NCBI GenBank assembly: GCA_036494495.1
Contig: DASXOF010000133.1
Coordinates: 3,315 to 67,314, forward strand
Source of the DNA: Solirubrobacterales bacterium
GTDB taxonomy: Bacteria > Actinomycetota > Thermoleophilia > Solirubrobacterales > 70-9
Reading direction: 5' to 3'
DNA length: 64,000 nucleotides
Below the pieces are notes generated by a model. It saw only the letters and a list, made by a program, of their open reading frames with translations. It ran no database searches and was not told where the DNA came from. The position numbers and the translations under genes were made by a program. This document shows, in pieces, positions 1 through 8,712 of the stretch (its first letter is position 1; the number at the start of each line of letters is the position of its first letter).

Positions 1-128
1 TCGTCCTGCCGACGGAAAACCCGTCGCCGGCGGTGCAGAAGTTCGTCGACTGGGCACGGACCAGCGCCCTGGCCGCCCCCGCCATCAGCAGCGCCGGCGG
101 CGTCCCCGCCTTCAACAAGAAGAAGTAG
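1..128 (+). CDS. pstS: phosphate ABC transporter substrate-binding protein, C-terminal fragment (5' end outside window)
   Basis: The frame is open from the window edge (...VLPTENPSPAVQKFVDWARTS...AFNKKK) and ends at TAG 126-128. It lies directly upstream of pstC-pstA-pstB, and the identity rests mainly on this operon position. Confidence 0.55.
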   Translation, partial: VLPTENPSPAVQKFVDWARTSALAAPAISSAGGVPAFNKKK

Positions 129-143
129 GGACCGGGGCACAAG

Positions 144-1136
144 TTGGAAGACCAGTACTCACCCGAGTACGGGCCCTCGTGGCCGGACCAGCGCGTCGAG
201 CGGATGCTCGGCGCGCTGGTCGTCTTCGTCGTCGGCCTGCTGTTGGCGCTGATCGCGGTCGTCTTCGTCCGCGCCTGGCCGTCCTTCTCCCACAACGGGC
301 TCGCCTGGTTCAGCTCGAGCGGCTCGGTCGAAGACCAGCTCAACGCGATCTCGCTCTCGGCCGAGACCGGCGCCCACTACGTCTACACCTTCCACGCCTG
401 GCCGCTGATCTGGTCGACGCTGCTGATCACCGGCGGGGCGGTCGCGATCGCCCTCTTCGCGGCGCTCTTCGTCGCCGTCTTCATCGTCGAGTTCGCGCCG
501 GAATGGATGGCCAACATCCTGCAGCCGGTGGTCCGCTTCCTGGCCAGCGTGCCGTCGGTGATCTACGGGCTGATCGGGGTCATCGTCCTCGTCCCCTTCA
601 TCGGCAACCACCTGGTGAGCGAGGACCAGAAGGCCTCGGTCGCCGGCGTCATCTCGCTCACCGGCTACAGCCTGCTGGCCGCGGTCACGGTGCTGACGGT
701 GATGATCGCGCCGCTGATGGTCTCGATCTTCAGCGACGGCCTGCGCTCGGTCAAACCGGGCTGGCTCGAAGGCTCGTTGGCGCTCGGCGTCAACCGCTGG
801 CGCACGGTCTGGAAGATCGGCGTCCGCACCGCGCGGCCGGCGATCGTCGCCGGCACCGTGCTGGCCGTCGCCCGCGCGATCGGCGAGGCGGTGATGCTGG
901 CGATGATCTCCGGCTCGGTCGCCTTCGCGCCCAACCCGGCCGACGGGCTGATCTTCGTCTACGAGCCCTCGCGGCCGCTGGCGCCGACGATCGTCAAGAA
1001 CATCGACCAGCTGAGCTCGCCGCCGTTCAACGCGACCCTGTTCTCGATCGCCGCGGTGCTGCTGCTCTCGGCGGCAACCTGCTCGATGGCCGGCTACGTC
1101 GCCCGCCGGGCGATGCGCAAATACGGGAGCCCGTGA
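144..1136 (+). CDS. pstC: phosphate ABC transporter permease PstC
   Basis: The 330-aa ORF is a multi-TM permease. It is the first of two permeases preceding a PstB-type ATPase. The start is TTG at 144. Confidence 0.85.
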   Translation: MEDQYSPEYGPSWPDQRVERMLGALVVFVVGLLLALIAVVFVRAWPSFSHNGLAWFSSSGSVEDQLNAISLSAETGAHYVYTFHAWPLIWSTLLITGGAVAIALFAALFVAVFIVEFAPEWMANILQPVVRFLASVPSVIYGLIGVIVLVPFIGNHLVSEDQKASVAGVISLTGYSLLAAVTVLTVMIAPLMVSIFSDGLRSVKPGWLEGSLALGVNRWRTVWKIGVRTARPAIVAGTVLAVARAIGEAVMLAMISGSVAFAPNPADGLIFVYEPSRPLAPTIVKNIDQLSSPPFNATLFSIAAVLLLSAATCSMAGYVARRAMRKYGSP

Positions 1137-2116
1137 TGGAGGCCGCAACCGTCAAACCGCCGCAGCCGGCGAAGCAGCCGACCGGCGCGGTCGAGGGCAG
1201 CGCCACCTGGCGCCTCACCGACCGCATCGGGCTGGCTATCTGCTGGGGCTTCGGCCTGCTCTTCTGCGCGATCGCGGTGGCGATCGTCGTCTACCTCTTC
1301 ATCCAGGGCATCACCTACCTGAAGCCCTCGATGCTGACCACGCCCGCCGCCTCCGGCGTCACCCAGAGCGAAACCGGTGGCTTCTCCGACGCCCTGATCG
1401 GGACCCTGATGGTGGCGACGCTGGGGATCGTGCTGGCGCTGCCGACCGGGATCGCGATCGCGGTCTGGCTGGTCGAGTACGGGCGGCCGGCGGCGCTGGC
1501 GCGGATCACCGAGTCGACGATCGAGTCGATCGCCGGCATCCCCTCGATCGTCCTCGCCCTGTTCGGGACCGTGATCTTCTCCTCCTCGGCGCTCTCCTTC
1601 CTCAGCCGCGAAACCGAAGGCGTGGTCTTCGGCAAATCGTTCTTCGCCGCCGGCGCGATGCTCTCGCTGGTGGCGCTGCCGCTGATCGTCGCCAGCGTCC
1701 GCGAGGGGCTGAACTCGATCCCGCGCCACGTCCGCGAGGCCTCCTACGCGGTCGGCAAGACCAAGGCGGCGACGGCGCGGCGGATCCTGCTGCCGGCCTG
1801 CCGGCCCCAGGTCGCGACCGGCGCGGTGCTCGGGCTCGGGCGGATCATCGGCGACACCGCGATCATCGTCGTCCTGCTCGGGGCGACCCAGAACTTCGGC
1901 CCGGTCGAAGGCGCGCCGTTCCCGCTCAACTTCCTCCGTGGGGTCGGCACGACCCTGACCAACTTCGTCTACGAGGCCTCGCCGACCGGCAACCTCAACC
2001 AGCCGCAGAAAGCCTACGCGGCGGCTTTCGTGCTGCTGATCCTGGTCCTGATCCTGAACGCGATCGTCGACCTCATCCACCGCCGCGCCAGAAAGGTGGG
2101 CACGTGGAGCTCCTGA
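1136..2116 (+). CDS. pstA: phosphate ABC transporter permease PstA
   Basis: ATG 1136 overlaps the pstC stop (TGATG). The product begins MEAATVKPPQPAK...; it is a multi-TM permease of about 326 aa. The upstream part of track ORF 179..2116 is an out-of-frame artefact over pstC. Confidence 0.85.
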   Translation: MEAATVKPPQPAKQPTGAVEGSATWRLTDRIGLAICWGFGLLFCAIAVAIVVYLFIQGITYLKPSMLTTPAASGVTQSETGGFSDALIGTLMVATLGIVLALPTGIAIAVWLVEYGRPAALARITESTIESIAGIPSIVLALFGTVIFSSSALSFLSRETEGVVFGKSFFAAGAMLSLVALPLIVASVREGLNSIPRHVREASYAVGKTKAATARRILLPACRPQVATGAVLGLGRIIGDTAIIVVLLGATQNFGPVEGAPFPLNFLRGVGTTLTNFVYEASPTGNLNQPQKAYAAAFVLLILVLILNAIVDLIHRRARKVGTWSS

Positions 2117-3030
2117 ACACGCCGCCGCCGCCGATCCGGCGGCTGCCGCTCGAAGACGCCGAGCCGGCGACGCAGGTGCTGCCGCCGGACCCGGGCTCCA
2201 ACGGCCACGGCGGCGCACCACCGGCAGCCGGCGGCTTCACCGCGGCGCGGCGCTCGATCGGCGCGCCGCAGTTCTCGATCCGCCGCATGGAGGTCGACGA
2301 CGTCTCGATCTCCTACGGCGAGAAACGGGCGGTGAAGAACGTCTCGCTGCCGATCCGCCAGGGCGAGGTGCTGTCGCTGATCGGGCCCTCGGGCTGCGGC
2401 AAGACGACGCTCCTGCGCTCGCTCAACAGGCTCACCGAGCTGACCGCCAGCGCGCGCCTCGACGGCAGCATCCGGCTCGACGACGTCGACATCACGCTGA
2501 TCGAGCCGACCCTGCTGCGGCGCCGGGTGACGATGGTCTTCCAGCAGCCGAACCCGTTCCCGATGTCGGTCTTCGACAACATCGCCTACGTCCTGCGCGA
2601 GCAGGGGTCGCGGCGGGCGCGGAAGAAGGAGCTCGAGCCGGCGGTCCACAGCGCCCTGCAGCGGGCCGGCCTCTTCGAGGAGGTGAAGGACAACCTCAAG
2701 CACCCGGCCCTGAAGCTCTCGGGCGGGCAGCAGCAGCGCCTCTGCATCGCCCGTGCGCTCGCCGCCGAGCCCGAGGTGCTGCTGCTCGACGAGCCCTGCT
2801 CGGCGCTCGACCCGCAGTCGACCCAGGTGATCGAGGACCTGATCGTCAAGCTGCGCGACGACGTCGCCGTCGTGATCGTCACCCACAACCTGCAGCAGGC
2901 CTACCGGATCGCCGACCACGTCGCCTTCATGTACCTCGGCGACCTGGTCGAGTACTCGAGCGCCACCGCCCTCTTCGGCTCGCCCCGCGAGCAACGGACC
3001 CGGGAGTACGTCAGCGGTGCCTTCGGCTAG
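2104..3030 (+). CDS. pstB: phosphate import ATP-binding protein PstB
   Basis: Walker A is GPSGCGKTT, the signature is LSGGQQQRL and Walker B is LLLDEP. The C-terminus REYVSGAFG is PstB-like. The start is uncertain: GTG 2104 or ATG 2287. Confidence 0.9.
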   Translation: MELLNTPPPPIRRLPLEDAEPATQVLPPDPGSNGHGGAPPAAGGFTAARRSIGAPQFSIRRMEVDDVSISYGEKRAVKNVSLPIRQGEVLSLIGPSGCGKTTLLRSLNRLTELTASARLDGSIRLDDVDITLIEPTLLRRRVTMVFQQPNPFPMSVFDNIAYVLREQGSRRARKKELEPAVHSALQRAGLFEEVKDNLKHPALKLSGGQQQRLCIARALAAEPEVLLLDEPCSALDPQSTQVIEDLIVKLRDDVAVVIVTHNLQQAYRIADHVAFMYLGDLVEYSSATALFGSPREQRTREYVSGAFG

Positions 3031-3253
3031 GCCCGGACCGAGCCGGCGGCCGCGGCCGCTCCTGCGCGCGGCGGTCCTCGCCGCCTGCCTGGCGCTGGTC
3101 GGCGCCGGCGTCGCCGGCTGCGAGACGACGCAGGAAAAGGCGGCCAAGCAGCAGGCCCGGGCGGCCCACATCCTCAAAGCGCGCGCCGAGCGGCAGGCGA
3201 AGAAGCAGCGCGAGAAGTCAAAGCACCATCACGGGAAGGAGCACGAGGAGTGA
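3017..3253 (+). CDS. small lipoprotein, Lys/His-rich tail
   Basis: The 78-aa product has a basic n-region, a hydrophobic core and the lipobox LVGAGVAGC. Its stop overlaps the next start (GTGA at 3250-3253). Confidence 0.55.
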   Translation: MPSARPGPSRRPRPLLRAAVLAACLALVGAGVAGCETTQEKAAKQQARAAHILKARAERQAKKQREKSKHHHGKEHEE

Positions 3254-3921
3254 CGACCCAGGCGCCCCAGCAGCAGGGCGGCTACGAGCCCTGCGAAGAG
3301 TGCGGTTCGCCGCTCGACGCTCAGCAGCGCTACTGCGTCGAATGCGGGGCGCGGCGGGGCAACGGGGCCAACCCCGCCTCGCGCTACTTCGCGACGATGA
3401 GCAAACGCGCGCGGCGCCCGGTGACCGGGCCGCCGAAGCGGCCGCCGGCGAGCCGCGCCGCCGCGGTCGGCTTCTTCGCCCTGCTGCCGATCGCGGTCGC
3501 GCTCGGGGTCGTCGTCGGGCGCAGCGGCTCCGACAGCGGCAACGAAGCCGCCCTGCTGCGGGCGCTGAAGTCGAGCGAAGCGCAGCAGACCGCGAGCGCC
3601 GGCGCCGGCGCCGAGCAGCCCACCGCCGCAGCCCGGAAGCAGCCGCGGAAAGGCAAAGGCGCCGGCCAGAAATCGAAAGCCGAGAAGAAGCTCGAGAAGG
3701 AAGGCGGCAAGACGCTGGCGGAGACGAAGAACGGCGCCGTCCACCAGGTCACGGGTTACAAGGCGACCAAGGCGAAGGAAGAAGAAGACACCAAGATCGT
3801 CGAAGAAAACCCCGAACAGACGGGCGAAAACTACATAAAGGCCCAGCAGAACCTGCCCGACGTGGTGGTCGTCGGCGGCGAAGGGGGCGGCGAAGAACCG
3901 AGCTCGGGAGCCGAACCGTGA
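3250..3921 (+). CDS. zinc-ribbon membrane protein
   Basis: The N-terminus carries CEECGSPL...YCVECG (CxxC...CxxC). One TM segment (AAAVGFFALLPIAVALGVVVG) follows, then a Lys/Glu-rich tail. GC3 is high. Confidence 0.65.
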   Translation: MTTQAPQQQGGYEPCEECGSPLDAQQRYCVECGARRGNGANPASRYFATMSKRARRPVTGPPKRPPASRAAAVGFFALLPIAVALGVVVGRSGSDSGNEAALLRALKSSEAQQTASAGAGAEQPTAAARKQPRKGKGAGQKSKAEKKLEKEGGKTLAETKNGAVHQVTGYKATKAKEEEDTKIVEENPEQTGENYIKAQQNLPDVVVVGGEGGGEEPSSGAEP

Positions 3922-4262
3922 AGGGCGCTCCAGAGCAGAAACCCGACAAGAAACCGGAAGAGAGCGCCGAGCTGCTCGCCCAGCGCGATCGCCTGCTGGA
4001 GAAGTTCACGGTGATGCAGGCAGACCTCGGCGGCGCCTTCTACGAGATGGCGATCCGCGACCACGTCCGCATGGACGTGCTGACCCGCAAAGCGGCGGAG
4101 CTGCAGCGGGTCGACGCCGAGCTGCTGGCGGTCGAGCGGGTGCTGGAGCTGCAGCGCGAGGACGCGGCGGGCCTCTGTCCGAGCTGCGCCGCCCCGTTCG
4201 CCCCAGGCGTCCGCTTCTGCGCCCAGTGCGGCAACCCGCTGGTCGCCGAGGTGCCGCGGTGA
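3918..4262 (+). CDS. coiled-coil protein with C-terminal zinc ribbon
   Basis: GTG 3918 overlaps the upstream stop (GTGA). The product begins VKGAPEQKPDKKPEE... and ends CPSCAAPF...FCAQCG. It occupies only the last 114 codons of track ORF 3300..4262. Confidence 0.6.
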   Translation: MKGAPEQKPDKKPEESAELLAQRDRLLEKFTVMQADLGGAFYEMAIRDHVRMDVLTRKAAELQRVDAELLAVERVLELQREDAAGLCPSCAAPFAPGVRFCAQCGNPLVAEVPR

Positions 4263-5599
4263 AGGGCTGGCTCGCCACCCGGATCCAGGCGGCGATCGGG
4301 GCCGCCGCCTCGCTGACCGGCAAACGGTTCGGCCTGCTCGTCGCTTCCTCGCTGGTAGCGACCTCGGCGATCGTCGCCGCCGGGATGAGCTCGGGCGGCC
4401 GCGATCTGGGGCCGCTGGCGGCGCTGGTCGGCCGCAGCCTGGCGGCGGAGAGGACGGTGGCGGAAGCGCCGGTGGCAGCACCCGAACCGGCGCCGGAAGT
4501 CGAAGCCGAGCCTGAAGCTTCGCCGCGACCGGTGGCGAGCGAACCCGAACCGGCGCCGCTGGTCGAACCGGCGCCCGAACCGGCCGCGGCAGAAGAAGCC
4601 GCGCCCGAACCCGAACCGGAAGAAGCAGCGCCGCCGCCCAAAGAAGAAGCCAAGCCCGAAGCCGGGCGGGTCAAGCACGTCTTCGTCATCTCCCTCGCCA
4701 GCCCGGGTTACGAAGCGGCTTTCGGGCCGGGCAGCGTGCAGATGCCCTACCTGGCGGAAACGCTGCGCCCGCAGGGCGACCTGCTGAGCGGCTTCACGCT
4801 GCTGCGCGAAAGCTGGCTGGCGAACTCCTTCGCCTCGATTGCCGGCCAGAAGCCGATTGCGGAGTCCGAAAAGGACTGCCCCGAATACGAAAAATGCATC
4901 TTCCCGGTCGAAACGATGTCCTTCGCCGACCAGCTCGCTACCGCCCAGTTCAGCTGGCGCGGCTACTTCGAAGGCATGGTCGACGCAACCGGCAAGCCGG
5001 CCAACTGCGTCCATCCCGAACCGGGCGCGAGCGAAGCGGCGGCGCCCGGCGGCTACTCGGCGGTGCTGAACCCGTTCGTCTACTTCCACACCCTGCTCGA
5101 CCTCGGCGAATGCGCGGCCAACGACGTGCCCTTGACCGAGCTCGAAAAGGACCTGCGCAAGGCGACGAAGACGCCCAACTTCAGCTACATCTCGCCCGAC
5201 CTCTGCAACGCCGGCGTCGTCCCCGGCCAATGCGCGGAAGGCGCGGCCGACGGTGCGGCAGCCGCCGACGCCTGGCTCTCGACCTGGGTGCCGAAGATCC
5301 TCGAATCGCCTGCCTACAAGGCCGACGGCCTCGTGATCGTCACCTTCGGCGCGGTCAACCCCGTCCCCAACCCGGACCCGACCCAGCCCCCGACGCCGGC
5401 GACCAGCCTGAAGACCGGGACGCTGCTCCTCTCTCCCTTCCTCACCCCCGGCTCGAGCGACGCGGCCCGCTACGACCCCTACTCGCTGCTGGCCACCGGC
5501 GAGGACCTGTTCGGGCTCAACCGGCTCGGAGAAGCCGGCGGCAAGAAGGTGAGGTCGCTGGCACCGCAACTGCTGGAGGAGGAAAACGGCGGCGACTGA
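4259..5599 (+). CDS. membrane-anchored phosphoesterase-family-like protein (PLC/AcpA-like, tentative)
   Basis: GTG 4259 overlaps the upstream stop; the alternative start is 4226. The product has a TM anchor and a Pro/Glu-rich linker. Its domain begins KHVFVISLASPGYEAAFG and includes PNFSYISPD and LVIVTFG, which resemble the phosphoesterase family layout. The locus is linked to pst. Confidence 0.45.
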   Translation: MKGWLATRIQAAIGAAASLTGKRFGLLVASSLVATSAIVAAGMSSGGRDLGPLAALVGRSLAAERTVAEAPVAAPEPAPEVEAEPEASPRPVASEPEPAPLVEPAPEPAAAEEAAPEPEPEEAAPPPKEEAKPEAGRVKHVFVISLASPGYEAAFGPGSVQMPYLAETLRPQGDLLSGFTLLRESWLANSFASIAGQKPIAESEKDCPEYEKCIFPVETMSFADQLATAQFSWRGYFEGMVDATGKPANCVHPEPGASEAAAPGGYSAVLNPFVYFHTLLDLGECAANDVPLTELEKDLRKATKTPNFSYISPDLCNAGVVPGQCAEGAADGAAAADAWLSTWVPKILESPAYKADGLVIVTFGAVNPVPNPDPTQPPTPATSLKTGTLLLSPFLTPGSSDAARYDPYSLLATGEDLFGLNRLGEAGGKKVRSLAPQLLEEENGGD

Positions 5600-5606
5600 G
5601 GGTCCT

Positions 5607-5645
5607 GGTTGTCTTTCGTAACGCCAGCCGTTACGAAAGACAACC
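5607..5645 (+). terminator. perfect 17-bp stem / 5-nt loop hairpin after the phosphoesterase-like gene
   Basis: The sequence is ggttgtctttcgtaacg-ccagc-cgttacgaaagacaacc, starting 8 nt after the stop at 5599. No U-tract follows. Confidence 0.55.
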
Positions 5646-5681
5646 ACGCGGCCGGCGGGCGATTTCTGACACGCTCTGGCG

Positions 5682-6170
5682 ATGAACGGACCCGCAGGAC
5701 AGACCGGCGAGCCGATCACCGCCGCCGGCATCGAGGAACTGAAAACGGAGCTGGCCGAGCTCGAAGGGCCGAAACGGCAGGCGATGGCGGCGCGGATCAA
5801 AGCCGCGCGCGACGAGGGCGACCTCAAGGAGAACGCCGAGTATCACGTCGCCAAAGAGGACCAGGCCCACATGGAGACGCGGATCAAGCGGCTCCAGGAA
5901 CGGCTGCAGAACGCGGTCGTGGTCGAGGTCGACGATGCCGCCGGCGACGTCTTCGCCTTCGGCCGCTCGGCCGAAGTCCTCGACCAGTCCAAAGACGAGA
6001 CCAACACCTGGACCCTGGTCGGCTCGACCGAGGCGAGCCTGGCCGAAGGACGGCTCTCGGCCGAGTCGCCGATCGGCCGGGCGCTGATGGGCGCGCCGGT
6101 CGGCTCCACGGTCGAGGTCGAGACGCCGAAAGGCGTCAAAGCCTTCAAGGTCCTGAAGCTGGTCGGTTAG
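5682..6170 (+). CDS. greA: transcription elongation factor GreA
   Basis: The 162-aa product carries ...LKTELAELEGPKRQAMAARIKAARDEGDLKENAEYHVAKEDQAHMETRIKRLQERL..., the typical GreA coiled-coil, plus the C-terminal domain. Confidence 0.92.
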   Translation: MNGPAGQTGEPITAAGIEELKTELAELEGPKRQAMAARIKAARDEGDLKENAEYHVAKEDQAHMETRIKRLQERLQNAVVVEVDDAAGDVFAFGRSAEVLDQSKDETNTWTLVGSTEASLAEGRLSAESPIGRALMGAPVGSTVEVETPKGVKAFKVLKLVG

Positions 6171-6198
6171 CCGCCGGGGCGGCGCCGACAATGGCGCG

Positions 6199-7100
6199 GT
6201 GCTGCAGCTGCGCGCCTCCGTCCCCGACGCTCACAGCGAGCGCTTCGGCCGCCTGCTCGGCGACCACGACGGCGTGCGACGGATCTCGCGCCAGCGCGAA
6301 GACGGCACCGGCGCCGCCGACGTCTTCGTCGCCGACGTCGAGCCCGCCGCGGCCGACCCGCTGGTGGCGGCGATCACGGAGATGGGGATCGGGGTCGACG
6401 ACTGGGCCCTGACCAAGCTCGACCTGGTCGCCCCGCTCCGCCACCCGGCCGCGGCTTCGGCGACGCCGGCTTCGCCTGGGTCGAGGTGGTCGGCCAGGCG
6501 CGGGCCAACTCGCGGCCGCTGGCCCGCTACCTGGCGCTGATCAACGTCGCCGCGGTGATCGCCGCGCTCGGCGTCATCACCGGCAGCTCGATCCTGATCG
6601 TCGGCGCGATGGCGGTCAGCCCCGACCTGCTGCCGGTCTGCGCCACCTGCGTCGGCCTCGCCAGCGGTCGCCGCACCCTGGCCGCCCGCTCCTTCGTCAC
6701 CCTCTGGCTGGGGCTCGCCCTGGTCGTCGTCACCGCCGCGGTGCTGAGCGAGCTGCTGAAGCTCGCCGGCCTCCTCCCGGACGGCTTCAAGGTCGAGGAA
6801 TCGCCGCTCAACGGCCTCGCCCACACCGACTACTCGACGGTGCTGATCGCGCTGGCGGCCGGCGTCGCGGCGATCCTCTCGTTCGAGACCCGCGCGAGCG
6901 CCGCGGTCGGGGTGGCGATCTCGGTGACGACGATCCCCGCCTCCGCCTACCTCGGCGTCGCCCTCGGCGGCGGCGGGATCGAGAACGCGCTCGGCGCCCT
7001 CGTCGTCCTCGTCGTCAACGTCGGCCTGCTGATCGTCTCCGGCACGGCGACGCTGCTGGTCCAGCGCTGGCTGCCGAACCGCAGCGGCGCGCCGGTCTAG
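6199..7100 (+). pseudogene. DUF389-family membrane protein, apparently split by a frameshift near 6420-6460
   Basis: The N-terminal soluble part (MLQLRASVPDAHSERFGRLL...) is in frame 1. The membrane part (...GFGDAGFAWVEVVGQARANSRPLARYLALINVAAVIAALG...) is in frame 3, and that frame is already open upstream of the GTG at 6486. Together the two parts have the length and order of one DUF389 protein. Confidence 0.55.
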
Positions 7101-8179
7101 GTCCGGGCCGGCTCGACGGGCTCCGCCGCCGCAGCGGGCTCGGCCGCGGCCGCCGGCTCGGGCGCCGGCACCGACCAGGGCGCCGGCGCCGGGCGGCGCT
7201 CGTCGTAAACCACATCGGTGCCGGCGATGCGGTCGGCGAAGCCCTGCCGCGACTGGCGCAGGATGATGCCGAGGAAGGGCAGGCCGAGGCAGAAGAGCGA
7301 GATCCCGATCCCGAAGACGCGGCGGACCGCCCGTCCCGGCTCCAGCCGGCCGCCCTCGATGCGGACGCCGAGGAAGCGCATCCCCGGGGTCTGGCCGGCG
7401 AGGCTCCAGAAGACGACGAAGTAGGCGCCGCTCATCACCATCCAGGTCAGCGAGCCGGCGGCGATCGCGAAGTTGGAGCCGCCTTCGGCGCCGCCGCCGA
7501 AGGCGTTGTCGACGAGGGTGACGAGGGCGGCGATCGCGGTGAAGCCGAGGTTGATGAAGGCGACGTCGATCGCGAAGGCGAGGCCGCGGCTGACGGCGCC
7601 GGCGTGGTCGGTCGGCACGGTCCGCGGCGGGCGGAAGAGGATGCGGCGGACGATCCGCTCGAGCTCGAGGTCGAAGCGGCCCGCGAGGCGGCCGATCGTG
7701 CGGCCGATGTCGTCGAGCAGGCCGGCGCCCTGGGCGCTGATCGCGGCCCGCAGCTCGGGCGCGCCGGCGATCCGCTCGACCAGCTGCTGCGCCTCCTCGC
7801 TGGCCAGAAGCCGGCGCCAGACCTCGTCGACCAGCTCCGAGTCCATCGCCTCGAGGATCGCCCGCTTGACCGCGTCGGACTCGAGCGCTCCCTGCACCGC
7901 CTCCTCGACCACCGGCCCGCGCAGGACCCGGGCCATCGCCCGTTCGACCGCCTCGGACTCGATCGCGCCGACGATCGCCTCCTCGGCGGCCAGCTGCATC
8001 GTCCGGTCGATCCCGGTCGCCTTCCCGATCCCGCGAGCGCCGCGGACGCCGACTCCGAGCAGCCGGGCCGAGAGCGGCACCTCCTCGTCGCGGTGCGGGC
8101 CCGCACCGTTGACGCTGGCCCCGTTCAGGTCCGGCTTGGCGGCGGCGGCCGCCGCGTGCTCAGTCGGGCCGGTCTCCAT
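7097..8179 (-). CDS. RDD-family membrane protein with N-terminal helical repeat region
   Basis: The start is ATG 8179 (METGPTEHAAA). The longer track ORF would overlap the NUDIX gene. The C-terminal part is RDD-like (RGLAFAIDVAFINL...GMRFLGVRI...FADRIAGTDVV). Confidence 0.7.
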   Translation of the reverse strand: METGPTEHAAAAAAKPDLNGASVNGAGPHRDEEVPLSARLLGVGVRGARGIGKATGIDRTMQLAAEEAIVGAIESEAVERAMARVLRGPVVEEAVQGALESDAVKRAILEAMDSELVDEVWRRLLASEEAQQLVERIAGAPELRAAISAQGAGLLDDIGRTIGRLAGRFDLELERIVRRILFRPPRTVPTDHAGAVSRGLAFAIDVAFINLGFTAIAALVTLVDNAFGGGAEGGSNFAIAAGSLTWMVMSGAYFVVFWSLAGQTPGMRFLGVRIEGGRLEPGRAVRRVFGIGISLFCLGLPFLGIILRQSRQGFADRIAGTDVVYDERRPAPAPWSVPAPEPAAAAEPAAAAEPVEPART

Positions 8180-8211
8180 TCCCCTCGCGAGTATAGGTCC
8201 GCTGGGGCCGA

Positions 8212-8703
8212 CTACGCGGCGGATTCGGCGTCCGGCTCGAGCTGCTCGAGCAGGCGGTCGATCAGCGGCGCCTGGCCGCCGAGGATCTTGACCCGGGCGG
8301 CGTCGGGCGAGAACCACCCGGCCCGGTCGACCTCGGGGAAGCTCGCCTGCGTGTCGGAGCGCGGCGGCCATTCCATCTCGAACTCGATGCTCGCCAGCTC
8401 GGCCGGATCGAAGTCGCCCTCGGCCCCCCAGGCGTCGACCACCTTGCCGGCGCGCTGGCGCACCGAGCCGAGCTCGATCAGCTCTGCGCGGTCCAGCTCC
8501 GGGGCCGGACCGAGCTCCTCCCCGAGCTCGCGCAGCGCCGCCGCAAGCGGCTCCTCCCCCGGCTCGATCTCGCCCTTCGGGATCGACCAGGCGCCGTCAT
8601 CGCGGCGTTTCCAAAAAGGACCGCCGGGGTGCACCAAGAGCAGCTCGATCCCCTCGGCGCCGCGGCGGAAGAGGAGGATGCCGGCGCTGTGCTTGGTCGC
8701 CAC
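8212..8703 (-). CDS. NUDIX hydrolase
   Basis: The 163-aa product has the Nudix box-like segment PKGEIEPGEEPLAAALRELGEELG. Confidence 0.85.
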   Translation of the reverse strand: MATKHSAGILLFRRGAEGIELLLVHPGGPFWKRRDDGAWSIPKGEIEPGEEPLAAALRELGEELGPAPELDRAELIELGSVRQRAGKVVDAWGAEGDFDPAELASIEFEMEWPPRSDTQASFPEVDRAGWFSPDAARVKILGGQAPLIDRLLEQLEPDAESAA

Positions 8704-8712
8704 GAGCGCAAG

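Noticed and set aside
159-1148. Long antisense or out-of-frame ORFs with Arg/Pro/Gly/Asp-rich translations. Examples are 159..1148(-), 1094..2221(-), 4040..5827(-), 9368..11353(-), 15189..17981(+), 17978..19849(+), 30321..32411(-), 46556..49933(-) and 55628..57652(+).
   Set aside because: Each lies opposite or out of frame to a gene with clear family motifs. They show the compositional signature of non-coding frames in roughly 70% GC DNA (few stops, RPGA-rich, no motifs). I treat them as artefacts.
3300-4262. A 320-aa Arg-rich ORF overlapping the zinc-ribbon gene.
   Set aside because: Only its last 114 codons (from GTG 3918, GTGA-coupled) have protein-like composition. The rest is the +2 frame of the gene at 3250..3921.
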